Part shown: in pieces, positions 9,242-17,778 of the stretch
Layout of the letters: every line of letters starts with the position of its first letter
Position numbering within the stretch: the first letter of the stretch is position 1
Virus record (IMG/VR): IMGVR_UViG_3300032295_002394
Location: 1-39,404 of that record
Length of the DNA: 39,404 bases
DNA from: a virus
Lineage: Duplodnaviria > Caudoviricetes
Direction: 5' to 3' (one strand)
The notes under the pieces: generated by a model
Database searches by the model: none
Told to the model about the DNA's origin: nothing
What the model saw: the letters and a program-made list of their open reading frames with translations, nothing else
Translations under genes and position numbers: made by a program

Positions 9242-9948
9242 TATTTTTTAACAACTATATAAAAACCCGTTAATAAAACCAATGCACCTAATACTATATA
9301 TGTTTTCTGTTCTGAAAAACCCTTGCTTACAAGGCTTTCTTCTGCTTTAATTGACCCTTTAGTTTGTAAATCTATCAAACTTCTTGTTCTTACCGCTTCA
9401 ATTTTATCTCTACATTTAAAATTTTTAAATTTTTCATTAGCCATTTTAGAAATCTGTTGTCTAATTCCTAAACCTGAACCTGCACTTAATTGAACCTCTG
9501 CCAATCCAAAATTTTTAATTAACCAATCTAACTCTAAACAACTGTTTGCTTTTAAATCTCCGTCTTGAGTAAAATAATCTAAATAAAGAGCGTTCCATTG
9601 TTCTGATTTAAGTTTTTTATAATCTATTTTATTACTTAAAACGCTCGAATCAATTAAATGTTCGCTCAATTCATTTTTTTCCTGAATGTCATTACAACTT
9701 CTATAATGTGCAAAGGAATGACCTCCTGAAGAAAGTCCGTTTTTATTCATTATAAAATCTACACAAAGTTTTCTTTGAGCGTTTGTCCAATCTTCTTCAT
9801 TAACCGCAGTTTTACCCCTTTCAACAACATTGTATTTTACAGGAATTGCCTCTTGTACGATAGTAGGTTTCTTTTTAAATAATAAATACGCCATTCCGCC
9901 TATTCCGCCAAATATTATTACGTTATTTATTACTTTTCCCGCTTCCAT
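9241..9948 (-). CDS. Doubly anchored membrane protein, tandem paralog of 8498-9241
   Basis: Near-identical termini, divergent middle. Confidence 0.8.
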   Translation of the reverse strand: MEAGKVINNVIIFGGIGGMAYLLFKKKPTIVQEAIPVKYNVVERGKTAVNEEDWTNAQRKLCVDFIMNKNGLSSGGHSFAHYRSCNDIQEKNELSEHLIDSSVLSNKIDYKKLKSEQWNALYLDYFTQDGDLKANSCLELDWLIKNFGLAEVQLSAGSGLGIRQQISKMANEKFKNFKCRDKIEAVRTRSLIDLQTKGSIKAEESLVSKGFSEQKTYIVLGALVLLTGFYIVVKK

Positions 9949-10166
9949 TATTTTTTCTTTTTTACTGCAAATGCTAATAACACTAATATTAAAATACTTG
10001 CGCCTCCAATTATAGCGTATCTGATAACATCTTTTTTCTTTGATTCAGATTTTTCAATTCCTAAAAAAATTAACTCTTGTTGGTTTAATGCGTCTTCTAA
10101 TCTTCCGCCCTCTGCAACATCGTAAATTCTTCCACTACTATCGCTTCCTATATCTGTATATGACAT
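9948..10166 (-). CDS. Small C-anchored membrane protein
   Basis: TM YAIIGGASILILVLLAFAV followed by KKKK. Confidence 0.75.
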   Translation of the reverse strand: MSYTDIGSDSSGRIYDVAEGGRLEDALNQQELIFLGIEKSESKKKDVIRYAIIGGASILILVLLAFAVKKKK

Positions 10167-10168
10167 AA

Positions 10169-10531
10169 TTAATTATTTTGTCGTTCTTTAATAATAGAGT
10201 ATGTTGCCAAACCCACTAATAACACTCCTAAAGTTATATAAACTTTTGGTTTTTGTATTTGAATAAACAAATGTTCGGGAACATCTGCAAAACTTGCTTT
10301 AACATAAGGCTCTATGCCGTCCTGTTTGATACCAACCGCATAATTTCCGTTCCAAAGCGTGTATTTTTTATACGGGAAAGACAATTTTTCATCAGTCAAA
10401 CTTTCTACTTTTTTAACTAAAATCAACTCGCCTTTTCTTACAAAATTTCCCAATTGCTCTAATGTATTTGCATTTGGGTTTATGTTTTTACGACTAATCG
10501 CTCCATCTTGTCTTGCCTTATATAATTCCAT
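10169..10531 (-). CDS. C-anchored membrane protein, possible SH3-like domain
   Basis: LYKARQDG..FVRKGELILV; C-terminal TM. Confidence 0.6.
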   Translation of the reverse strand: MELYKARQDGAISRKNINPNANTLEQLGNFVRKGELILVKKVESLTDEKLSFPYKKYTLWNGNYAVGIKQDGIEPYVKASFADVPEHLFIQIQKPKVYITLGVLLVGLATYSIIKERQNN

Positions 10532-10547
10532 ATCTTCAAAAAATTAA

Positions 10548-10898
10548 TTATTTAATAAATTTTGAAGTGTCTAAATACTCTACTACCAAACCTTTTCTTA
10601 ATAGTTGTATGTTTTCGTATGATAGTTTTCCATTTTTCATAATTGTTCCAAATCTTACTCCCCAATCTCCAACAACTAAAAATTCAGAAGTTCCATTTAT
10701 TTCAATTGTATCTCCAAATGGTAATTCTAACGTAGCAAACCCATTTTCTAAATCAGCATCTAAAACAACAACTTTTGGTTTCCAAACATTGTTCACTAAA
10801 AAAAAGTAAGCCCCTGATAAGGCGGTTATAACAGTAGCAAATGCAACTATTTTTAAAACAATTTTACTTTCTTTTTCAAATGACATATTTGTACTCAT
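10548..10898 (-). CDS. N-anchored membrane protein with beta-rich domain
   Basis: TM IVAFATVITALSGAYFFL, then KPKVVV. Confidence 0.7.
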   Translation of the reverse strand: MSTNMSFEKESKIVLKIVAFATVITALSGAYFFLVNNVWKPKVVVLDADLENGFATLELPFGDTIEINGTSEFLVVGDWGVRFGTIMKNGKLSYENIQLLRKGLVVEYLDTSKFIK

Positions 10899-10909
10899 AT
10901 TAGTTTTAA

Positions 10910-11344
10910 TTACACACTCTTTTTATTGAAAAAAACTTTGTAACCTAAATACGCAACAACAATCCCAACAATTCCATAAACAAAATATTTTGTTGTAGGT
11001 TTTTTAACCACTATTTGAGAATCAGGTGTTGTACCTCCGCCAACATAGGTTTTCGTTTCGTCAGTTGTAGCACTTGACTCTCCTTTTGGTTTAGTGTCTT
11101 CACTATCTTTTGTCCCTGACACAACACTTGTACTATTACCTTGTGGTAAATCATTTTCAATATCCTCTAAAATCAACGTGTTTTTTTTAGGCGGTGTGTT
11201 TGGTAAAGGACTTATTGGAATTATAATTTCAGGTTCGGCTACCTGCGAACTACCATTCTCATAAACAGGAATTTCATAAGTAGGCATCATTTGACTATCA
11301 TAGTCTGAAACGTACATTTTGGTTAAATTTGTATCTTGTCGCAT
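10910..11344 (-). CDS. C-anchored membrane protein, low-complexity P/T/S/E-rich
   Basis: TM YFVYGIVGIVVAYLGY followed by KVFFNKK. Confidence 0.7.
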   Translation of the reverse strand: MRQDTNLTKMYVSDYDSQMMPTYEIPVYENGSSQVAEPEIIIPISPLPNTPPKKNTLILEDIENDLPQGNSTSVVSGTKDSEDTKPKGESSATTDETKTYVGGGTTPDSQIVVKKPTTKYFVYGIVGIVVAYLGYKVFFNKKSV

Positions 11345-11353
11345 AATATTTTT

Positions 11354-11911
11354 TTATTTTTTTACTATTACGTCTTCTCTCAACCAAAAAAAGTCTGTTT
11401 TTGGAGTAAGAAGTATAGGTGTATCTTCTTTAATTTGTTTAATCGCTTCAGCAGATGGCTTAATTTTAAACCAAACATAAACTTTACCTTGAGAATTAGC
11501 CATTTTACCCTTGTCTTGAGCAACGTCTGTAACAATTCCTGCAAAAGTACCTTTTTGAGTAATCTTACCACCAACACCATTATTTACAAACCAACCATTA
11601 TTTACATAAGGAGTTATTCTTGGGTTTACATTATCAAGTTTAGTGTAAATCTTTTTATTTAACATTTTTAACTTGATTTGAGCAAGTGGTAATTTTAAAA
11701 TATCAGATAAAGCAGGGTCAATAATTGCCTGTTCAGGTGTTATTGTATCTCCACTTGGAGTAACCACAATTTCTTCTTCTGCTTCTTCTCCCTCAACAGT
11801 TGCATCAGCAGTATTTAACAAAGGTTTTTTCTTTGTAATTACTACATAAGCAACTACCGCTAAAGCAATAGCCAATCCTGAATATAAATATAATTTTTTA
11901 TCGCCGTTCAT
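11354..11911 (-). CDS. N-anchored protein with SH3b-like domain, paralog of 17779-18339
   Basis: YTKLDNVNPR..VNNG..VWFKI..WLREDVIV aligns with YTLTDNVKVR..VNNG..IWFAV..WVRSDVVV. Confidence 0.65.
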   Translation of the reverse strand: MNGDKKLYLYSGLAIALAVVAYVVITKKKPLLNTADATVEGEEAEEEIVVTPSGDTITPEQAIIDPALSDILKLPLAQIKLKMLNKKIYTKLDNVNPRITPYVNNGWFVNNGVGGKITQKGTFAGIVTDVAQDKGKMANSQGKVYVWFKIKPSAEAIKQIKEDTPILLTPKTDFFWLREDVIVKK

Positions 11912-11914
11912 TTT

Positions 11915-12298
11915 TTAGTTTTTTAAAGTGTCTATTTTTTCAATTTCAACTGAATCTGCTTTAGCACCAACTAATTTTTGAAAAAAACTTCTTTTCTTTG
12001 GTACTTTTGAGTTTGTTTTAAATATTTCAAATCTTTCTTGCGTTGAAACCAAACAGTCTTTGGTTGTTTTTAATTCAACTTTTAAATTATTATTTTCACT
12101 ACTTAAAACTTCGACTTGTTTGATTTTTTGTTTTATATCAACATCAATATCTTTTGTTTTTACAAGAGCAATCTCAACGCTATCAGCGTAATTAACAGAA
12201 ACAGAATCTTCCGATAATACTAAATCTTCTTTTTTGTCTTCTGTTTTTTTAGAACAAGAAAACATAATAATCAATAATACTAATAAATACTTTTTCAT
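11915..12298 (-). CDS. Predicted lipoprotein with coiled coil (o-spanin-like candidate)
   Basis: MKKYLLVLLIIMFS-C lipobox; coiled coil IKQKIKQVEVLSSENNNLKVEL. Confidence 0.6.
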   Translation of the reverse strand: MKKYLLVLLIIMFSCSKKTEDKKEDLVLSEDSVSVNYADSVEIALVKTKDIDVDIKQKIKQVEVLSSENNNLKVELKTTKDCLVSTQERFEIFKTNSKVPKKRSFFQKLVGAKADSVEIEKIDTLKN

Positions 12299-12558
12299 TA
12301 TTTTAGTCCTTTAATTTCGCTTAATACTTCTAATCTTGCACTTGCTCTCGCTAAAGTGCTATCACTCTTTCTCAATTTATCTTCTAAAACATCAATTTTT
12401 TGATAAACCTGTTGAACGTTTTTATCGCATTTTTCTATTTGAGAAGTTAAATTCATCTTGTTGTCAACATATAGATAGCCAACTGCACAAACTACTAAAA
12501 ACATAATTGCTTTTAGTGGGTCTTTTGCAAATTGCTCAAAATTTATAGGTAAAGCCAT
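12298..12558 (-). CDS. TM plus coiled-coil protein (i-spanin/holin-like candidate)
   Basis: TM IMFLVVCAVGYLYV then coiled coil; its stop overlaps the lipoprotein start. Confidence 0.6.
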   Translation of the reverse strand: MALPINFEQFAKDPLKAIMFLVVCAVGYLYVDNKMNLTSQIEKCDKNVQQVYQKIDVLEDKLRKSDSTLARASARLEVLSEIKGLK

Positions 12559-12578
12559 AATTTTTAAATTTAATATTT

Positions 12579-12743
12579 TTATTTTTTTGCGTTGTCAATT
12601 CCTTTAATCACACTATCAAAATCCGCTTTTAGTTGCGGGTCATTTGAAATATCTTTTTTATCTGCTTTTTTGAAAGCAAAATAAAGCAACCCTAAAACGA
12701 TTACAGAGGTTGTTGCGATTACAATTACTTTTTTATTTTTCAT
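12579..12743 (-). CDS. Small N-anchored membrane protein
   Basis: Start moved to MKNKKVIVI (ATG 12743) to avoid overlap with the upstream gene. Confidence 0.7.
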   Translation of the reverse strand: MKNKKVIVIATTSVIVLGLLYFAFKKADKKDISNDPQLKADFDSVIKGIDNAKK

Positions 12744-12747
12744 AAAT

Positions 12748-13194
12748 TTATTTTTTAAACGATTTATAAACATAGGCAATTCCTATCAACCCACCTGCTA
12801 TAAGAACGATATTAATAGTTTTCTTTAAATTATTTCCTCCAAAAATACCATCAACAGTTCCAAATAATCCCGAAGCAACATTTGAGGTTGTACCAAGCGC
12901 ACCCGTTAAAACATCTGTTGAAGTGCCAAATACTTCAACTATCAAGTCTGTATTAGGTTTTAATCCGTGTTCTTTTGCATACTTTCTAAATGCTGAATCA
13001 AATGAATTACAATCTAAATTAGAACTCAAATTTGTTGTTTTTGAAAATGCGTAATTCCAAATTTCTGTTGCGGTTTTTTCTCCAAAATGCTCCGCTAATT
13101 TTTTATGCCAAGTTATCCAATCATCGCATTTCCAAAATGTGTCCCAACCCCATTCATCATAATCAGGAACAGTTTTCCAAGTTATTACTGCCAT
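12748..13194 (-). CDS. Trp-rich C-anchored membrane protein, paralog of 13196-13660
   Basis: Start moved to MAVITW (ATG 13194); VPDYDEWG.DT.W.C..WI.WHK..IWNYA..NLDC shared with the paralog. Confidence 0.8.
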   Translation of the reverse strand: MAVITWKTVPDYDEWGWDTFWKCDDWITWHKKLAEHFGEKTATEIWNYAFSKTTNLSSNLDCNSFDSAFRKYAKEHGLKPNTDLIVEVFGTSTDVLTGALGTTSNVASGLFGTVDGIFGGNNLKKTINIVLIAGGLIGIAYVYKSFKK

Positions 13195-13195
13195 A

Positions 13196-13660
13196 TTATC
13201 TTTTTTTGAATGAATTATAAACGTAAGCCCCGCCAATTACACCACCTACTATTAAAATAATACTGAACGTTCTTTTAAAATTATTATTTCCAAAAATCGA
13301 ATTAATTGTCCCAAACACACCTGTTCCTATGTTAGAAGTAGTATCAAGCGCACCTACAACAATATCACTTGCAGTTCCATAACCCTGTAAAATAGGTGTA
13401 AAAACACCCGCTCCTTGAAATGGCGACAGACCATTATCTCTTACATATTTTCTAAAATCTGTATTGAAAGTACGGCAATCAAGATTACCGCTTAAATTTC
13501 CTGATTTAGAATAGGCATAGTTCCAAATATCATTAGCGGTTGCTTTGTTAAATTTTTGAACTAAAGTTTTATGCCACATAATCCACTCTTGACAATTCCA
13601 AGAAGTATCAATTCCCCATTCATCATAATCAGGCACGGTGTTCCAATTTATTACTGCCAT
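13196..13660 (-). CDS. Trp-rich C-anchored membrane protein
   Basis: Tandem paralog of 12748-13194. Confidence 0.8.
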   Translation of the reverse strand: MAVINWNTVPDYDEWGIDTSWNCQEWIMWHKTLVQKFNKATANDIWNYAYSKSGNLSGNLDCRTFNTDFRKYVRDNGLSPFQGAGVFTPILQGYGTASDIVVGALDTTSNIGTGVFGTINSIFGNNNFKRTFSIILIVGGVIGGAYVYNSFKKR

Positions 13661-13661
13661 A

Positions 13662-14042
13662 TTAAGATGTTTTAATTAATTCATTATTAGTATTCAAAGA
13701 AAAACCATAATTTTTTAAAAGTATTAGTTTTTTATCAATTTCAGACTGAACATTTGCCCTGCTACTTGCTTTTCTATATGAATTTCTTGTTCTTATGTCT
13801 GAAAGAATTGCGTCTTTTAACTTTGTAACTTCTATCAACTCATTAGGCGTTAATGTTTTTACTTCGGCTACGGCAGGAGGCGGGGTAGTTGTACCAACAC
13901 CTGTTGTGCCTGAAGCAGTTGCACCTGCACCTGTTGTACCTGCACCTGTTCCATCTTCCGCTTTTGCTTTAGGTTTAAAGTAAAAAAATGCCCCAATACC
14001 TAAAACGACAAGACTTCCTATTATTAATGCAGTTTTTTTCAT
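13662..14042 (-). CDS. N-anchored protein, G/T linker plus helical hairpin (family B)
   Basis: LG(I/V)GA(F/Y)FYFKPK anchor and G/T-rich linker shared with 14082 and 14554. Confidence 0.75.
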   Translation of the reverse strand: MKKTALIIGSLVVLGIGAFFYFKPKAKAEDGTGAGTTGAGATASGTTGVGTTTPPPAVAEVKTLTPNELIEVTKLKDAILSDIRTRNSYRKASSRANVQSEIDKKLILLKNYGFSLNTNNELIKTS

Positions 14043-14066
14043 AATTTTAATTTTTAATTATTGAAA

Positions 14067-14074
14067 CAAAGTTA
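14067..14074 (-). promoter_or_regulatory. Possible Bacteroidota -7 promoter box
   Basis: Minus strand TAACTTTG, 25 bp upstream of the ATG at 14042; no -33 box seen. Confidence 0.3.
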
Positions 14075-14081
14075 ATTAAAT

Positions 14082-14534
14082 TTATATAATTTGAGTTATT
14101 TTTCCATTAACTTCTGCATACCCTAAATCAGTAATTAATTTTTCTAAATCTGCTATTTGAGTGTCTAATTCTTTACTTTTTACACTACGCATTAAATTTT
14201 GAACTCTTTCCCCTCCAATTCCTCCAAAAATACTATTATTCCCACTTTGTCCAATTGGTTGTAATGCGAGTTGTCGTCTTTGAGTCTTCAAATCGTCAAT
14301 TTTTATTGCAAGTGCTTTAGCGTCTGCAATTTTTTGAGCAATTTTTTCAACTTCTTCAGGGGACGTTATAACTGTGCCTTTTGGCGGTACAGATATTAGT
14401 GAGTTTGGATTACCTAATTCTCCTACCGAAGTACCTGTTCCTGAATTATCTGTTTTTTTAGGTCTAAAATATAAATAAGCACCTACACTTAAAACGCCTA
14501 CTGCTCCAATGATTAAAACTCTTTTCGTGTCCAT
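14082..14534 (-). CDS. N-anchored protein, family B
   Basis: SVPPKGTVITSPEEVE..KIADAKALA..LGYAEVNGKI matches 14554-15048. Confidence 0.75.
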   Translation of the reverse strand: MDTKRVLIIGAVGVLSVGAYLYFRPKKTDNSGTGTSVGELGNPNSLISVPPKGTVITSPEEVEKIAQKIADAKALAIKIDDLKTQRRQLALQPIGQSGNNSIFGGIGGERVQNLMRSVKSKELDTQIADLEKLITDLGYAEVNGKITQII

Positions 14535-14553
14535 ATTTTTTTTTAATTTAAAA

Positions 14554-15048
14554 TTATACTATTCTGCTTATTGAGCCATTAACTTCCATAAAACCTAACT
14601 TACCTATTTGCTCGTCTAAATCCTTTATTTCTTTTTCTAATTTAGCGATTTCTTGTGTTTTTAACATTTTAAGCATTTGGTCATTTGTACTCCAAAATTG
14701 ATTCCCTGATGCAGTTGCATAATCTCTCAAACTTATAACTAAATAAGAATTTCTTTTTGTTCTTAAATCTGATATTTTAGTTGCTAAACTTCTTGCTTCA
14801 GCAATTTTTTTAGCCGTATCTTCTACTTGAGCAGGAGTTGACAAAGTAGTCCCCGTTGGAGGTACGCTTGTACTTCCTGTACCTGTTGTTTCTGTACCCG
14901 TTGTCCCTGTGCCTGTTGTCCCTGTGCCTGTTGTTCCTGAACCTGTTGTTCCTGAACCTGTTGTTCCTGTTTTTTTAGGCTTGAAGTAAAAATATGCCCC
15001 AACTCCTAATACAAGTACACTTCCTGCTATTATTACTGTCTTGTTCAT
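14554..15048 (-). CDS. N-anchored protein, family B, with GTTGS/GTTGT repeats
   Basis: 15-bp tandem repeats at ~14878-14970; paralogous C-terminus. Confidence 0.75.
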   Translation of the reverse strand: MNKTVIIAGSVLVLGVGAYFYFKPKKTGTTGSGTTGSGTTGTGTTGTGTTGTETTGTGSTSVPPTGTTLSTPAQVEDTAKKIAEARSLATKISDLRTKRNSYLVISLRDYATASGNQFWSTNDQMLKMLKTQEIAKLEKEIKDLDEQIGKLGFMEVNGSISRIV

Positions 15049-15052
15049 ATTT

Positions 15053-15370
15053 TTATTTTTTAGTGATGAATTTATTATAATCGTTCAACGAAGTTTGAGT
15101 TACTTTCATAACTGCTTTTAATCTTGCCTCTGTTTTATCGCCAAAATCTTCATCATCAACTAATTGTTTTAATGCTCTTTGAAGTATTCCTACCTCAACT
15201 CCTTTTGAGCCTTTTTTCAATACTTTATCATAATCTGCTTTTGCAGGTGGCGTGTTTTGCCCGAAATCAGTTTTTTCTTCAGTTGGTTGTGGAGTTTTCT
15301 TAAAGAATAAATATATTCCTAAAGCAACTAACCCTATTGAAACTAATAATACTTTTTGATTGTCTTTCAT
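15053..15370 (-). CDS. N-anchored peptidoglycan-binding-domain (PG_binding_1-like) protein
   Basis: VLKKGSKGVEVGILQRAL..DEDFGDKTEARLK. Confidence 0.75.
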   Translation of the reverse strand: MKDNQKVLLVSIGLVALGIYLFFKKTPQPTEEKTDFGQNTPPAKADYDKVLKKGSKGVEVGILQRALKQLVDDEDFGDKTEARLKAVMKVTQTSLNDYNKFITKK

Positions 15371-15381
15371 AACTTATTTTT

Positions 15382-15591
15382 TTAAACTGTTGGAACAAAT
15401 GGTGGTGTAGCGTTTGGTGGAATGTTAGTAGGCGTTTCCATAGGTGGTGCTAAATGACTCCCTGCTTCTACTTCTGCAATATCCTCATTCTTAAAATTGA
15501 ACGTTACATTTCCGTTTTTAATTTTATTATACAGAAAATATCCACCCAATCCAAGTAGTACCGCACCAATTATGTAATAGCCTTTTCCCAT
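15382..15591 (-). CDS. Small N-anchored membrane protein with Pro-rich tail
   Basis: TM YYIIGAVLLGLGGYFLY. Confidence 0.7.
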   Translation of the reverse strand: MGKGYYIIGAVLLGLGGYFLYNKIKNGNVTFNFKNEDIAEVEAGSHLAPPMETPTNIPPNATPPFVPTV

Positions 15592-15592
15592 T

Positions 15593-15949
15593 TTACAAAT
15601 CTTTTAATGCAATTTGATTCACTCCTTTTGCTTTTAACAAACCTGCTAAAGTAAAAGAACCAAATATACCGTCAATACCGTCTTGATTATCTCCAAAAGT
15701 ACCTAAATTTTGACCGTATTTTTCAATAAGAATTCTTTGCATTTCAGCAACTTCAGGATTTTCAGAACCTTGTTTTAAAACCAAATTCATATCTAATGTA
15801 CTTGGTTCAGGCATAGTTTGGTCGGGTATTTGCATAACCTCAACGCCCAAAGGCTTGTTTTTAAATAAGAAGTAAATAAATACTCCTAATCCTACAACTA
15901 TTCCACCAATAATTAATTGGGTTTTTCTGTCTTTTACGTTTACTTGCAT
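15593..15949 (-). CDS. N-anchored peptidoglycan-binding-domain protein
   Basis: VLKQGSENPEVAEMQRIL..DGIDGIFGSFT. Confidence 0.8.
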   Translation of the reverse strand: MQVNVKDRKTQLIIGGIVVGLGVFIYFLFKNKPLGVEVMQIPDQTMPEPSTLDMNLVLKQGSENPEVAEMQRILIEKYGQNLGTFGDNQDGIDGIFGSFTLAGLLKAKGVNQIALKDL

Positions 15950-15950
15950 A

Positions 15951-16283
15951 TTACAAATCTTTTAATTTTATTTCTGTTACGTTTTTCGCTTTCCTTAAAG
16001 CAACTTCTGTCAGCAATCCAAAATCGCCGTCAATACCGTCTTTGTTTACACCTGAATCGCCCAAAATAGCATTATAATCCTTTTTAAGAACTCTTTGTAA
16101 TTCAGAAACTTCTGCTCCTTGAGAACCTTTTTTAAGAACTTTTTCCTCGTCTAAAGTAGGAGTTTGTAAATCAGCAGGTAGAGGCTTCGGTAAACTATGT
16201 AGCCATTTACTAACTAAATAAACTCCTAATATAATTCCACCACCGATTAATAAATACTTTTTTTGTTTTGCGTCTAATGTCAT
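15951..16283 (-). CDS. N-anchored peptidoglycan-binding-domain protein
   Basis: VLKKGSQGAEVSELQRVL..DGIDGDFGLLTEVAL. Confidence 0.8.
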   Translation of the reverse strand: MTLDAKQKKYLLIGGGIILGVYLVSKWLHSLPKPLPADLQTPTLDEEKVLKKGSQGAEVSELQRVLKKDYNAILGDSGVNKDGIDGDFGLLTEVALRKAKNVTEIKLKDL

Positions 16284-16311
16284 AATTTCTATTTTTTATT
16301 TTTTACAAAGG

Positions 16312-16800
16312 TTATCCTACTTTTGTGCGAATTCCGTTTTCAAGATTAGAAATATATTTATTTACTGCCAAATTGTTTTGTTCAATAGCATTTGTCCATT
16401 CGTCTATTTTAACTTCGTTTTTTATCTTTTTAAACATTTCCGAACCTGTTTGTTTGTAATACTTTCCGTCTTGTTTAAAATAAATAATATCATTATCTAT
16501 ATTTCCGTCTTTTGAAGACAAAATAAATCTGTCGTCATTTACATTTAAAGTTATTAAATTTTGTTTAGCCATTTTTAAATCCTGTACTAAAATAGGATTG
16601 TCAATTATTTTTCTAAATAATTTAGGTGTTAAATCAACCCATCTGCTACTCCAAAAACCAATATTAAATCCAAAAGGTGTTCTTTGCAGAACTTTCTTTT
16701 GTTTTTGAGCATTTTTTTGTTTTTCTTCCCCTAACAGGTATATAACAATTATTCCTGCACCAATTAATAAATACTTTTTTTGTTTTGCGTCTAATGTCAT
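16312..16800 (-). CDS. N-anchored protein sharing its leader with 15951-16283; unrelated passenger
   Basis: MTLDAKQKKYLLIG is near-identical at DNA level, including upstream sequence. Confidence 0.7.
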   Translation of the reverse strand: MTLDAKQKKYLLIGAGIIVIYLLGEEKQKNAQKQKKVLQRTPFGFNIGFWSSRWVDLTPKLFRKIIDNPILVQDLKMAKQNLITLNVNDDRFILSSKDGNIDNDIIYFKQDGKYYKQTGSEMFKKIKNEVKIDEWTNAIEQNNLAVNKYISNLENGIRTKVG

Positions 16801-16828
16801 AATTTCTATATTTTATTTTTTACAAGTT

Positions 16829-17161
16829 CTATCTACCTTGTGGCGCACTCATAGGTATCGGTTGGTTTGCGTAATCTACTTTTGGTCTATTACTTAACCA
16901 AGTAGATAATTCAGTTTCTAATTTCAACTCTTTAATTTTTGCGTATGCCAAATCGTTTCTTTTTTTAATGTTGCTTAACGTTTCTTCCGATGGCGCAATA
17001 CCACCTTGATATTTAGTAACTGCGTCTTCAAACAATGCGATTTTTTCTTGTTCAGTCAAAGGTGCTACTGCATTTACAACAGTTTTGTCTTTGTTTTTTT
17101 TCCAAAGGTAGTAAGCAACAACTGCTACTCCAAGTCCTATAAGTAAGTTTTTATTATTCAT
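16829..17161 (-). CDS. N-anchored membrane protein
   Basis: MNNKNLLIG.GVAVV.YY leader shared with 17181-17774. Confidence 0.75.
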   Translation of the reverse strand: MNNKNLLIGLGVAVVAYYLWKKNKDKTVVNAVAPLTEQEKIALFEDAVTKYQGGIAPSEETLSNIKKRNDLAYAKIKELKLETELSTWLSNRPKVDYANQPIPMSAPQGR

Positions 17162-17180
17162 AATTTCTATGTTTTATTTT

Positions 17181-17774
17181 TTAACAATGCGGTTTGGCTA
17201 AATAAGAATTACACAATGCTCCGTATTTCTGTGCGTTTCTCTCGTTTTCAAGAGTTGCAGACATAATTTGTTCTCTTGTCATTTTAGACGTGTCAATAAC
17301 TCCTCCAATATTATACTGTTTTTTACATTCGTTCCATTTTTTATAACCTGCCTCCTCTTCAGCGTTAGTTGGCTCAATTCGACACAAAAAACTATTTAAT
17401 TCCGTAACTTCTTCAGGTGTCATAGCCCCTAAAGATTTATCGCCAATTTGAATTCTTTCACGTTTTGAAAGAATAAAAAGCATTTTATCAATATTACCTC
17501 TACTTACGTCTTTACCGTTTAAAGATGCTCTTTTAATTATTTCTAACACTTGTTTTTTACCTACTTCAGCATCTTTAAATTCGTTATCAGGCTTTCCGTT
17601 AGGCATAAACGCTTTAGCGTTTTTTAGTTCCTTATCAACATAATCAGCAACAACCTTATCCAACTCCGCATCTGTGTAAGTCGTTGCTTGAAGTTTTTCT
17701 TTTTGTTTTTTATTGTAGAAATAATAAACCACAACGGCTACGCCAACTCCTATTAATAAATTTTTATTGTTCAT
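17181..17774 (-). CDS. N-anchored membrane protein with Cys-containing C-terminus
   Basis: Shared leader with 16829-17161; four Cys in the C-terminal part. Confidence 0.75.
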   Translation of the reverse strand: MNNKNLLIGVGVAVVVYYFYNKKQKEKLQATTYTDAELDKVVADYVDKELKNAKAFMPNGKPDNEFKDAEVGKKQVLEIIKRASLNGKDVSRGNIDKMLFILSKRERIQIGDKSLGAMTPEEVTELNSFLCRIEPTNAEEEAGYKKWNECKKQYNIGGVIDTSKMTREQIMSATLENERNAQKYGALCNSYLAKPHC

Positions 17775-17778
17775 AACC

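Noticed and set aside
8498-9948. Diversity-generating retroelement behind the paralog variation
   Set aside because: No reverse transcriptase and no template/variable repeat pair with adenine-specific differences seen in the window.
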